Shown: positions 34,601 to 43,885 of the stretch, in pieces | Position numbering within the stretch: the first letter of the stretch is position 1 | Layout of the letters: the number at the start of each line of letters is the position of its first letter | Assembly: GCA_965240325.2 (NCBI GenBank) | Contig: OZ251231.1 | Coordinates: forward strand, 124,001 to 188,000 | DNA: 64,000 bases | From: Rebecca billardiae RCC1528 | Taxonomy: Eukaryota; Protista; Haptophyta | Reading direction: 5' to 3' | Position numbers and translations under genes: made by a program | Notes under the pieces: model-generated | Databases searched by the model: none | Told to the model about the DNA's origin: nothing | Seen by the model: the letters and a program-made list of their open reading frames with translations, nothing else

Positions 34601-34904
34601 GAGCTACTTGCGGAGCATACTCGAGTCCATGCGGCAGCCGCCGCGGGGCGCGACGGAGGTGCGAGAGGACAACAAGGGGGCTATCGACCTCGTGGAGAAT
34701 CCTGTGCACCACAAGCGCTCGAAGCACATCGAGATCAAGCATCACTATGTGCGTGACGCGCAGGAGGGCGGCAAGGTGAAGGTGGTCAAGGTACACACCT
34801 CACTCAACCACTCTGACATCATGACGAAGGCGACGGACGGTGCGACGTTCAAGCGGCACGTCGACGCCATCATGGTGGAGCGACACCCGACGCGCGCGCG
34901 GTAA
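31620..34904 (+). CDS. pol: Copia element 1 integrase-reverse transcriptase-RNase H ORF (-1 frame relative to Gag-PR)
   Basis: IN: THVDIF, IHTDGG, SNGVAER. RT: WVFDVK, RFKARSV, FVDDLL. RH: FADSDWA, RSTGGY, SSTEAEY, EDNKGAI, KHIEIKHHYVRD, SDIMTK. Confidence 0.92.
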   Translation, partial: PKRLSPEPAQVRTTNTTEAARGADPAWLRTWSVRTGTNDQRLLERTRRVAEGMEGANARRESLDEQSAAGMTRRSFADAMPTAHYPGQVTHVDIFSMARIDLPVGADGARGGYPHGIIFIDGHSRRWQVYALRSLDDAEVGRAFRWYAQLLGTGAMHMSHWVLASGCTMARRHIHTDGGSTLLSTYVEGELAKLGFSSTVTSAPDSPSSNGVAERAIRTLKSRLRATVVARGVSRVDWHYAAWHACASRNRLASRGIIRDDGDIEWLTPDELFFGKRPTWKHHVAFGARCRVLMLGARRNALGQLKQRALPGRVYLWGGHGVQWRGTWRYVLGYVCRLDDGRLVHSRDVRIDETDLVEGGHSSLGAPDGGAYVGDGDDAAVSGGYRPVGGDADGEDEDGDGGETPADAGNDDATEFDVGYDDDADASTSGRGRSSVDAGQRGCSSAGAQPSTSTPQGGRGGAGASMTQPGRQDQIPPTESRRGTAADAGGSPRGADGDDGVIEDAPPPGLDMGHDPLRRDRTSRRRPQLLTAVVSAASVFQKINVKVPTNYREAMRSAEAPQWQGAMLEHLEGHKLLGTSEEVVVPEGTRLLPSQWVFDVKSNPEGEVTRFKARSVLLGNLQRPGIDFQEVFAPTIRPEQVRLLVAIAAQQAGARVDLGAASVAALGILSKGDVKDAYLNSELKPDERPLFSFPPGYVPSTQAPPGYKVVGRSLKAYPGLRQSGRAWHRTHRTQLLARGFSECPSAPCIYVKESAPGEFIIAGGFVDDLLFLNLTRDARAVEKLAADLKEHYEIKLSERLDKFLGAVFEVHDDGILMHLGPYVESVLQRFGLNASTPARTPEPAARAQLSDDDEALLQRAEIENYQAMVGCLMFAMVTARPDIAHAVNMLTRRMSRPRAVDLVSAKRVLRYLRGCPRLGILFKFATDSEHPDLLAFADSDWASNPVETKGRSTGGYIVFYNGAPVSWHSGLQGTVSLSSTEAEYVALSDCCREVSYLRSILESMRQPPRGATEVREDNKGAIDLVENPVHHKRSKHIEIKHHYVRDAQEGGKVKVVKVHTSLNHSDIMTKATDGATFKRHVDAIMVERHPTRAR

Positions 34905-34940
34905 GCGGCGCAGCTCGCGGCTATGGCTGTCGAGGGGGGG

Positions 34941-35551
34941 TGTTGAGCTGACGCAGCCTGGGGCGCGCATCTCAGCAGATGGCGTCGCCGCTGGGACGTC
35001 AGGGCCGGCGCCGCATCAGGCGGGCCGGCGGCATCAGCTACGGAGCAATGGCTGGCTGGCGACGCGCGCGCGCGGCGCGCGCGGCGGCAGGAGCGCGAGC
35101 GCAGCAGCGTTGGCGCGGAGCGACGTGGACGCGGAGCGCGGACGCGGCAGCGCGGACGCGGAGCGACACGGACGCGGCGCGTGCGCGGGCGGTACGGCCC
35201 GGCGCAGCGCGGCACGGTGACGTCGCACGGGCATGGCCCGGACGCCATCGTGGGAGTCCATCCGGATTCCAACTTTCGGAAAAGTGGGAATCCGGCTGAG
35301 GGCGGACGGACGAGGACGTCCGGGAGTTACGTCGGGACGGGCGGGTTTTCGGGAAGGTAACGCATTCCCCGGAGCCGGCCGCGACGTGGTCACCCCGCGA
35401 CCAAAAAGGTCGGCGGGAGGTTAGCTTGTCTTCGTAAAAGAGCGAAGGGAAGGAGGTTGCCTCTCGTGGTCAACATCGACGACGCGCCCGAGGACGCGCC
35501 GGTGAGCTTTTAGCAGGGCTCGAGACGCTTGGAGCTCGCGTTTACCCAATA
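34941..35551 (+). repeat. 3' LTR of copia element 1
   Basis: Identical to the 5' LTR; preceded by the PPT and followed by TSD TATTA. Confidence 0.95.
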
Positions 35552-36327
35552 TATTACGTACTAATTAGTCTCGTTATTATTGGCGTCGATTTGAAGTACG
35601 TAATATCGTCAGTGTTATTAATCAGCACGCCCGGATGACTGGGAGAATGATGACTCGGATATTGTGTGGCTTGTGACGATGCTGTCGCGGCACGGTATGA
35701 CCGAATCGCAAGATCAGAGTAGCTATATGATGGCACGGCTCGGCTCACGGCGGGACCCGGCCTCGGCGGCCGTCACCGGTCTGCGTCCCGCGGACCGTCC
35801 GGCCGCCGTCGCGGGCTCACGCTGCCGCACGGCTGGCACACTGGCACCGCGGCGGCAGGCGGCATGCTGCAGCATCTGATCATCGATCGCGATATCATAA
35901 TCATTCTGCCGCGTAGTCATATTGATGATTCAGATCAGATCGATATGATATGATTATTATATATAATTAATATAATATGCTCGCGCCGGACGAATCCGAC
36001 TCTCAGAGTGTCGATATCGATCCGGGCGGAAGTTAGATAGTCAGGATCGGGCCGGCCGAAGGCGGGGACAGCCCTCTGCAGCAGGGGCCGCGAGCGAGCT
36101 CGACTCTCGAGCCGCAGCCCGTTCGCACTACTCACTTAGTCACTACATCGGCGCAGCAGGAAGTAGCTAGCGAGTAGCGGTAGCAGCCTGCGGCAGCCGC
36201 CGATTGCGTGCAGTCAGATTCACGAGGTGGGCACCGATGGCAGTATGAGTAGCGCGGCGTAGTGACGGCAGCCCCGCCGATTCTTCCCGCTGGGCGACGC
36301 GCAGCAGTGCGCCGCCCATCACCCGGT

Positions 36328-38055
36328 TCACACGCCGAGCTGCCGCAGCGCGAAGTCGCCGCCTGGCAGCACGTGCGCGCTCGCCTGTGCCATCGCCGTC
36401 TCGTTGTACAGCACCTCGGTGTAGTACTCGCGCGCGGGGATGTAGCTCGGCCGGCCGAGCCCGAAGAAGGAGTGCGCGATGTTCTCCGCCATCTGCAGCG
36501 ACGCCTCGGCGAAGCACTGCAGCACGCCCCACGCCTCGTTGGCCACGAACAGGCCGGGCGCGTGCGGCAGCGGCGAGAGCGCCTCGATGGGCACGCGCGC
36601 CTTGGGGATGCCGCGCGGGCTCGCGCCGGGCAGGCTGTCCTCCTGCGTCAGGTGGCACCCCGCCTCGATCCCGTCGGCGCGCTCGTCCCACAGCGAGAGC
36701 ACGCCCGAGTCCGGCCGCAGCGCCGACACGCGCTCGAGCTCGCCCGCCGCCTCCAGCCCGGCGCGGTGCAGCGCCACGAGCGCCGCGTGCACGGCCTGGA
36801 GCAGCTGCGCCTCGCGCGGCACGGCGGGGTCGAGGTCGAGGACGGAGTCGCCGTGGCGGCTCACGCGGTACGAGCCGTAGTGCCGCACCGCCGCCGGGTC
36901 GCCCATGTACGCCGCCTGGATGTACCCGCGGCACTTGGCGGGGCCGGGCCGGTCGCAGCGCACGTCCGCGTCGTGATACATGCCCTGCAGCGGCGCGGGC
37001 GACTGGCGCGCGAGCACGCTGGTGATGCCTGCGTCTGCGAGCTTCCACGCGGCCGAGTTGTTGAACGGCCCCGCGGTGAGCCCGAGCACGTTGCGCCACC
37101 ACGCGTCCTCGTAGTGCACGTACAGCTTGAGCAGCGGGAACGAGTTGACGGCGTGCAGCACCGCCGAGTGCGCGCCACGCTGCTCAGCACGCGCCCCCGC
37201 CGGCTGCGCGCGCGCGCTCGGCTCAGGGCGCGCGCCACGCTCGTGCGAGGGAGAGAGGGGCGCGTCGCCGAGGCCGCGGCTGTTGGCGAGCACGCGGAGC
37301 AGCGGCTGCTGCGGCAGGTTGAGCACCACGCGCTTGGCGCGCGCCAGCTTGCCGTTCGCAAAGCGCAGCGCGTACGGCCGAGCGGCCGGCTCGGCTTCGG
37401 CTTCGGCTTCGGCGCTGGCTTCGGCGCTGGCTTCGGCTTCGGCTTCGGCGCTGGCTTCGGCTTCGGCTTCGGCTTCGGCGCCGTCTCGCTCGATCGAGAT
37501 CAGCTCGTGCTCGAAGAAGACGGCGGCGCGGCCGGGGCCGGCGGTGCGCGCGAGCTCGAGCAGCCCTTCGACGAACGTCAGGTACCCCCGGTCGTGCCCG
37601 TCCTCGTCGACGATCTTCGCCAGCGCGTGGTCCCACGCGCGCGCCTGCGGGTCGTACCGCCGGTGCTTGAGCCCCAGCTGCCGCACGATCACGCCGGTCG
37701 TCACGGGCGTGTGGATGCACACGTTGCCGGACGGGTGCAGGACGGGGTCGCACGTGCGGTTGAGCGCGAAGCGGTACGCGCCGGCCTCGACCACCAGGTC
37801 GCCGCGCGGCCCCTGCCCGCGCAGGCTGTGCACGCGCCCGCCCGGTCGGCCGAGCATCTCAAACACACACACCTCGGCGTACCCGTGCTCCGCGGCGGAC
37901 TCGACGAGGCGCGCGGCGAGGTAGGCGCCGCCGGGGCCCGCACCAACGATGGCCACGTCGCATGTCATGCCCTCCTCCGGCTCGGCGCCGGACGCCGCCT
38001 GCGCGGCGACGAGCGCGGCGAGCGCGAGCAGCAGCAGCGAGAGGACGTGAGCCAT
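36328..38055 (-). CDS. Secreted FAD-dependent amine/L-amino-acid oxidase-like protein
   Basis: Signal peptide MAHVLSLLLLALAALVAAQA; DVAIVGAGPGG; FE..GRPGGRVHS; EAGAYRF; KLYVHYEDAWW; LFVANEAW..FAEASL; internal (AE)n low-complexity insert at ~37390-37480. Confidence 0.85.
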   Translation of the reverse strand: MAHVLSLLLLALAALVAAQAASGAEPEEGMTCDVAIVGAGPGGAYLAARLVESAAEHGYAEVCVFEMLGRPGGRVHSLRGQGPRGDLVVEAGAYRFALNRTCDPVLHPSGNVCIHTPVTTGVIVRQLGLKHRRYDPQARAWDHALAKIVDEDGHDRGYLTFVEGLLELARTAGPGRAAVFFEHELISIERDGAEAEAEAEASAEAEAEASAEASAEAEAEAEPAARPYALRFANGKLARAKRVVLNLPQQPLLRVLANSRGLGDAPLSPSHERGARPEPSARAQPAGARAEQRGAHSAVLHAVNSFPLLKLYVHYEDAWWRNVLGLTAGPFNNSAAWKLADAGITSVLARQSPAPLQGMYHDADVRCDRPGPAKCRGYIQAAYMGDPAAVRHYGSYRVSRHGDSVLDLDPAVPREAQLLQAVHAALVALHRAGLEAAGELERVSALRPDSGVLSLWDERADGIEAGCHLTQEDSLPGASPRGIPKARVPIEALSPLPHAPGLFVANEAWGVLQCFAEASLQMAENIAHSFFGLGRPSYIPAREYYTEVLYNETAMAQASAHVLPGGDFALRQLGV

Positions 38056-38470
38056 TCGTAGATTCGCGGATTTCCCCGCGACAGCCCTCGGTCGGCCCTC
38101 GCCGGCTCACCGGACCAACGGACCATCACTCATCAGGCTGCGCACTGGCTGGGGCGTCGATCCGCGGCGCACTCAGCACTGGCTAGTGGCTGGGGCCGGG
38201 CTCGGAGTCGGACGCCCTGCCAGACGGGCTGTACTGCACAGTAATCGCGCTGAGACCTGAGTGCCACTGCCAGACGACTGCGTGACCCAGACGTGCTGAC
38301 ACTTGAGTATGCGCGAGGCGATGCCTGTCGCGCGGTGACGGACCGACAGCCGCTAGCCAGCTGCAGCCCGCCTGGCGCCCAGCGCGACCGCGAGGCCTCG
38401 TCGCGCACTGCCAGTGCCCGAGTGCCGCGCTCAACTCCGCGAGGCTCGGGCTGTCAAGTCTGTCCGTCCG

Positions 38471-40633
38471 TCAGCGCCTGTTGCACGCCTGCTTGCTCGC
38501 CGAGATGGCGGCGCCGACCGCCAGGTCGCGCTGGAACTTCTGCTGGCTCGACTGCGCGGCGCGCTTGTCGTCCGAGGCCAGCTTGAACTCGATCGCGTCG
38601 ACCAGCGCCTTCCACGAGGCCTGCGGCCGGGCGGAGGGCCAGGCGGGAGGGCGCGGCCGGGGCGGCGGCGATCGGCGATCGGCGCGCGGTCGCGGCCGCG
38701 CCGACGCCTCCGCGCCTCCGCACCCCGCGCGGCGCGCATCGCGCATCGCGCGCGCGGCCCGGCTGCGCGCCGTGCCGCCCCTCTGAGCGCCCGCGCCCCC
38801 TCGCGCACCTCGATGATGTTGGTGCTCACGCCGATGGTCGAGAAGAGCGCGCCCGAGGCCTTGTCGGACGACTCGATGATCACGCGGATCGACGCGGCCG
38901 TCCCCGCCTCGGCGCCGTTCACGACGCGCACCTTGTAGTCGACGAGGTGCAGGTCGGCGAGCGTGGGGTACGCGTCGCGCAGCGCCTTGCGCAGCGACGC
39001 GTCGAGCGCGTCCACCGGCCCGTCCCCCTCGGCCACCTCGTGCCGCTCCGAGCCGTCCGGCAGCCGGACCTTCACCGTGGCCTCGGTCAGCTCGCGCGAG
39101 AGCTCGGAGGCGCACTCCGCCTCCTCGTGCGAGAGGCCCTCGATGTTCACGTTGTACCTGCGAGGCGCGCCGCGCGCGCGCGAGCGCGCGTGGGAGGGGG
39201 CGGGCGCGCGCGCGTGAGCGAGCCTGCCGGCCACGCCACGCCGGCCGGCCGGCGCGCGGCGCGCGGCGCGGCGCGCGGCGCGGCGCGCGGCGCTCGCGCG
39301 GCGCGCACTTGACGCGATGGAAGTGCGAGCAGAACTCGCCCGAGGCCTTGGAGACGAGGAGGTCGAAGGAGGCCTGCGCCGCCTCGAACTGGTACCCGAT
39401 GTTCTCCAGCCGCACCACCTCGCCGAGCACGCGCTTCGTCACCTCCGGGTCGGAGATGTCCTTGCCGGCCGTGAGCGCCGCAATGTTGGAGCGGCCCGAG
39501 AGCTCGGAGACGAGGATGCGGCGCGCGTTGCCGACCAGCTCGGGCGCGAGGTGCTCGTACGAGGTGGGCGCGAGCTGCATGGCGTGCGCGTGCATCCCGC
39601 CCTTGTGCGCGAACGCCGAGCGGCCGACGAACGGCTGCCCCGGCCGCGGCGTCAGGTTGGCCGTTTCATACACGAAGCGGCTCAGCTCGGTGAGGCCGTC
39701 AAAGCCGGCGCCGCGCGTGCAGCCGGCGAGCACGCGGTACCCGTCGCGCTTGAGGCCGAGGTTGGCGGCGATCGAGACGAGGTCGGCGTTGCCGCAGCGC
39801 TCGCCGATGCCGTTGATCGTGCCCTGCACCTGCGCCGCGCCCGCCTCCACCGCCGCGAGCGAGTTGGCGATCGCGAGGTCGCAGTCGTTGTGGCAGTGCA
39901 CGCCGACGCGCGCGCCCAGCTCCGAGACCGCGTCGAGCGCCGCGGCGGTGAGCCGGCCGATCTCCTCGGGCGAGGTGCCGCCGTTGGTGTCGCACAGCAC
40001 GATCGTCTCGGCGCCCGCCTCCGCCGCCGCGCGGATCGTCGCGCGCGCGTGCTCCTCGTTCGCCTTCCACCCGTCGAAGAAGTGCTCGGCATCGTACACG
40101 AGCCGCCGCCCCTGCGAGTGCAGGAACCCGACCGAGCCGCGGATCATGTCGATGTTCTCCTCGAGGGAGACGCGGAGGACGGCGGAGACGTGGAAGTCCC
40201 ACGTCTTGCCCACGATCGTGCACACCGGCGCCTCCGAGCGCAGCAGCGCCAGCATCCCCGGGTCCTCGGACGGCTCGACGCCGCGGCGGCGCGTCATGCC
40301 AAACGCGCACACCGCCGCGTGCCGCAGGTTGAGCGAGCGCACGCACTCGAAGAAGGCGACGTCCTTCTCGTTGGAGAGGGGGTAGCCGCCCTCGATGTAG
40401 TCGAACCCCATGTCGTCCAGCCGCTGCGCGATCTGCAGCTTGTCGTTCAGGCTGAGCGAGACGCCCTCGCCCTGCGTGCCGTCGCGCAGCGTCGTGTCGT
40501 ACAGCTCGATTGTGCGCGGCGACGGGCCGGAGCGCTCGGCGGCGGCGGCGGCGGCGGCGTTGAGCTCGCGCCGCGCCGCCTGGGCGAGCCAGCCGCGCGC
40601 CGCCCACCGCGCGCCGTGCCGCGTCGCGAGCAT
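38471..40633 (-). CDS. cimA: Citramalate synthase (bacterial-type CimA, DRE-TIM family); exons 40633-39309, 39157-38809, 38620-38471
   Basis: [116 protein letters not shown]|ASWKAL. Introns 39158-39308 and 38621-38808. Mitochondrial-like presequence. Confidence 0.85.
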   Translation of the reverse strand: MLATRHGARWAARGWLAQAARRELNAAAAAAAERSGPSPRTIELYDTTLRDGTQGEGVSLSLNDKLQIAQRLDDMGFDYIEGGYPLSNEKDVAFFECVRSLNLRHAAVCAFGMTRRRGVEPSEDPGMLALLRSEAPVCTIVGKTWDFHVSAVLRVSLEENIDMIRGSVGFLHSQGRRLVYDAEHFFDGWKANEEHARATIRAAAEAGAETIVLCDTNGGTSPEEIGRLTAAALDAVSELGARVGVHCHNDCDLAIANSLAAVEAGAAQVQGTINGIGERCGNADLVSIAANLGLKRDGYRVLAGCTRGAGFDGLTELSRFVYETANLTPRPGQPFVGRSAFAHKGGMHAHAMQLAPTSYEHLAPELVGNARRILVSELSGRSNIAALTAGKDISDPEVTKRVLGEVVRLENIGYQFEAAQASFDLLVSKASGEFCSHFHRVKCAPRERRAPRRAPRRAPRAGRPAWRGRQARSRARARPLPRALARARRASQVQREHRGPLARGGGVRLRALARADRGHGEGPAAGRLGAARGGRGGRAGGRARRVAAQGAARRVPHARRPAPRRLQGARRERRRGGDGRVDPRDHRVVRQGLGRALLDHRREHQHHRGARGGAGAQRGGTARSRAARAMRDARRAGCGGAEASARPRPRADRRSPPPRPRPPAWPSARPQASWKALVDAIEFKLASDDKRAAQSSQQKFQRDLAVGAAISASKQACNRR

Positions 40634-40903
40634 CGCGCCGCGCGAGACGATGAACGTGGCCTTGGGCCGGCGGCGGTCGGCGTGCACGCGGTCTCGGTCG
40701 AAACCAAAACAAAATGGCCGGAGCGGCCGCGGCCTCGTGGTTTCTCACGGCGACTCCTCCCCTGGTCGACGCGGGTGGGTAAGCCGTCCAAACGTTTCCT
40801 ACGCGCGCGTTTCGTGGCTGGCACGTCGACGGTCCTGTTCCGCGCAAGGACGGCGCTCCGGCCCGTCCTGGCTGTGGCCACGCACCGCCGCCGCTCGTCA
40901 CTC
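40634..40903. promoter_or_regulatory. Putative bidirectional promoter shared by cimA and leuCD
   Basis: 270 bp between the two divergent ATGs, with A-rich tract AAACCAAAACAAAA at ~40701-40714. Confidence 0.55.
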
Positions 40904-43320
40904 ATGCTGGCGGCCGCGCTCTCGCGCGCCGCGCTGCGCTCACGCGCACGCGGCGTGGTCGTGCCGCTGGGCGCGGGCGCGCGCGCGCTCTCGAGCGGCG
41001 CGCCGCGCACCCTCTTCGACAAGATCTGGGACTCGAAGCTCGTCGACCAGCAGGACGACGGCACGTGCCTGATCTACATCGACCGCCACCTCGTGCACGA
41101 GGTCACGTCGCCGCAGGCGTTCGAGGGGCTGCGCAACGCGGGGCGGAAGGTGCGCCGGACGGACCGCGTGCTCGCGACCGCGGACCACAACGTGCCCACC
41201 TCCAACCGCGCCGGCGGCATCGAGAACCCCGAGTCCAAGGTGCAGGTCGACACGCTCGAGCAGAACTGCAAGGACTTCGGCCTCACCTACTTTGGCATGG
41301 ACGACGAGCGGCAGGGCGTGGTGCACATCATCGGGCCGGAGCAGGGGCTCACGCTGCCGGGGATGACGATCGTCTGCGGCGACTCGCACACCGCCACGCA
41401 CGGCGCGTTCGGCGCCCTCGCCTTCGGCATCGGCACCTCGGAGGTCGAGCACGTGCTCGCGACGCAGACGCTCGTGCAGCGGCCCGCCAAGAACATGCGC
41501 ATCAGCGTGGTGGGCGAGCTGCCGCTGGGCGTGACGTCGAAGGACCTGATCCTGCACACCATCGGCGTGATCGGCACCGCCGGCGGCACCGGCCACGTCA
41601 TCGAGTACGAGGGCCCTGCCATCTCGAAGCTCTCGATGGAGGTGGGCGCGCGCGGCTCCGCACTGCGAGCGCTCGCGCGCGCGCGCGCGCGCGCGCGCGC
41701 GCTCCGCGGCGGAGAGCGCGCCGGCCGCGCCGCGGCTGAGGCGCGCGTCTGCCCGCCGCGCGCGCGGCGCAGGCGCGGATGACCATCTGCAACATGTCCA
41801 TCGAGGCGGGCGCGCGCGCGGGCATGATTGCGCCCGACGACATCACGTTCGAGTACCTCAAGGGACGGCCGATGTCGCCCAAGGGCGCGCTGTGGGAGCA
41901 GGCGGTGGCCTACTGGCGCACGCTGCCGTCGGACGCGGGCGCAAAGTACGACACGGAGGTCACCATCAACGCCGCCGACATCGCGCCGCAGGTCACGTGG
42001 GGCACGTCGCCGCAGGACGTGCGGCCGATCACCGCGGCCGTCCCCGACCCCGCCGCCGAGCCCGACCCGTCGCGCCGCGCGGCGATCGAGCGCTCGCTCG
42101 AGTACATGGGTCTTCGCGCGGGGCAGCCGCTGAGTGAGGTGGCTGTGGACAAGGTCTTCATCGGCTCGTGCACCAACGGGCGGATCGAGGACCTCCGCGC
42201 CGTCGCCGAGGTGGCGCGCGGGCGCAAGGTCGCGGACAGCGTCGCGCACGCGCTGATCGTGCCGGGCTCGGGCATCGTCAAGAAGCAGGCGGAGGCGGAG
42301 GGGCTGCACGAGGTGTTCACCGCGGCGGGGTTTGACTGGCGCGAGCCGGGCTGCTCGATGTGCCTCGCAATGAACGAGGACAAGCTCGCGCCCGGCGAGC
42401 GCTGCGCGTCCACCTCCAACCGCAACTTTGAGGGGCGGCAAGGGCGCGGCGGGCGGACACACCTCGTCTCGCCCGCGATGGCGGCGGCGGCGGCGATCGC
42501 GGGGCGGCTCACGGACGTGCGCGCGCTCGGCGGCAGCCGCGGGCTGCACACGCGCGCGCGCCCGCTCTCGTCCGCCGCCGCGCCCGCCGCCGCCGGCGCC
42601 ATGCAGCCGTTCGTGCGCATGAGCGGCGTGCTCGCGCCGCTGCCGATCGCCAACGTGGACACGGACATGATCATCCCGAAGCAGTTCCTCAAGACGATCA
42701 AGCGCACGGGGCTGGGCAAGAACCTCTTTGACGAGATGCGCTACACCCCGGACGGGCAGGAGATTCCGAGCTTTGTGCTCAACCAGCCCGCGTACCGCGC
42801 GGCGACCATCCTCGTCTCGCGCGAGAACTTTGGGTGCGGCTCCTCGCGCGAGCACGCGCCGTGGGCGCTGCTCGACTTTGGCATCCGCGCGGTGATCGCG
42901 CCCTCGTTCGCCGACATCTTCTTCAACAACTGCTTCAAGAACGGCATCCTCCCCATCGTGCTGCCCAAGGTGCGCGCGCGACCGCGCCCCGCGCCGCCCG
43001 CGCGCGCGCGACCGCGCGCGCGCGCGACGCGCGACGTCGCTCGGCCGACCCCGCGCGCGCGCGCGACGCCTCGCGGCTGGCAGGACGTGTGCGAGGAGCT
43101 GCTCAGCGCGGCCACGGCGTCGCCGGGCACGGAGCTCACGATCGACCTGCCCTCGCAGGCGATCGAGCGCCCCTCCGGCTCGGCGATCAAGTTTGACGTG
43201 GAGGAGTTCCGCAAGCACTGCCTGCTCAACGGCCTCGACGACATCGGGCTCACGCTGCAGAAGGCGGACAAGATCGACACGTACGAGAAGAAGCAGAAGG
43301 AGCTCTACCCGTGGCTGTGA
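40904..43320 (+). CDS. leuCD: 3-isopropylmalate dehydratase/isomerase, fused LeuC+LeuD; exons 40904-41641, 41773-42969, 43084-43320
   Basis: LeuC: [64 protein letters not shown]. LeuD: [56 protein letters not shown]. Introns 41642-41772 and 42970-43083. Confidence 0.95.
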
Positions 43321-43885
43321 GCGCGCTCGGCTGGCGCGGCGGCCGAGCTCGCCTGCAGCACCCACCCTCGATGGACGCATCCGCTGACCTGCGCCGCGCA
43401 GGGCCGCACACTGACACGGCCACGCGGCTCGGCGGCGGCTGCGCGGGCCCAGGCCTGATTGAGCCTCAGTGAGTCTGTGTGTGCGCTGGCTGGCCCCGTA
43501 GATGGATTCTCGCCACGTGCAGCGAGCGAATGCCGCCCGAGCAGGCGCTGCGCCGGCGCATCGGGCCCGCGGCAGGCTGTCGCCGACGCGGTGCCACGAG
43601 GAGTACTTAGCTCCGTCTCGGGCGGCGGACTGCCAAGTGCCATCGTGATCCTTGTGACCTGATGATGACCTGATTCGATCGTCTTTTAGACTTTCACATA
43701 TCGCAGGTGGCAGATTGACGCCAGAAATACGCGCGAGATAATAGCGGAATCCAGGCCGCGTCCAATCAAGGGCCCTTGGTCCAATTAATGATGATGAATC
43801 ACCAGCCTCAAAGCCCTCAATCCGCCCGCCAAACCGCCCGCGGTTGGGGTTGTGCATCGCCCCAGACTGAGCAACCCCGGCAGCA

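Larger units (their letters stand above)
28401..35551 (+). mobile_element. Full-length Ty1/copia LTR retrotransposon (element 1)
   Basis: Identical 611-bp LTRs; TSD TATTA (28396-28400 and 35552-35556); PPT GAGGGGGGG at 34932-34940; domain order Gag-PR-IN-RT-RH. Confidence 0.97.
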
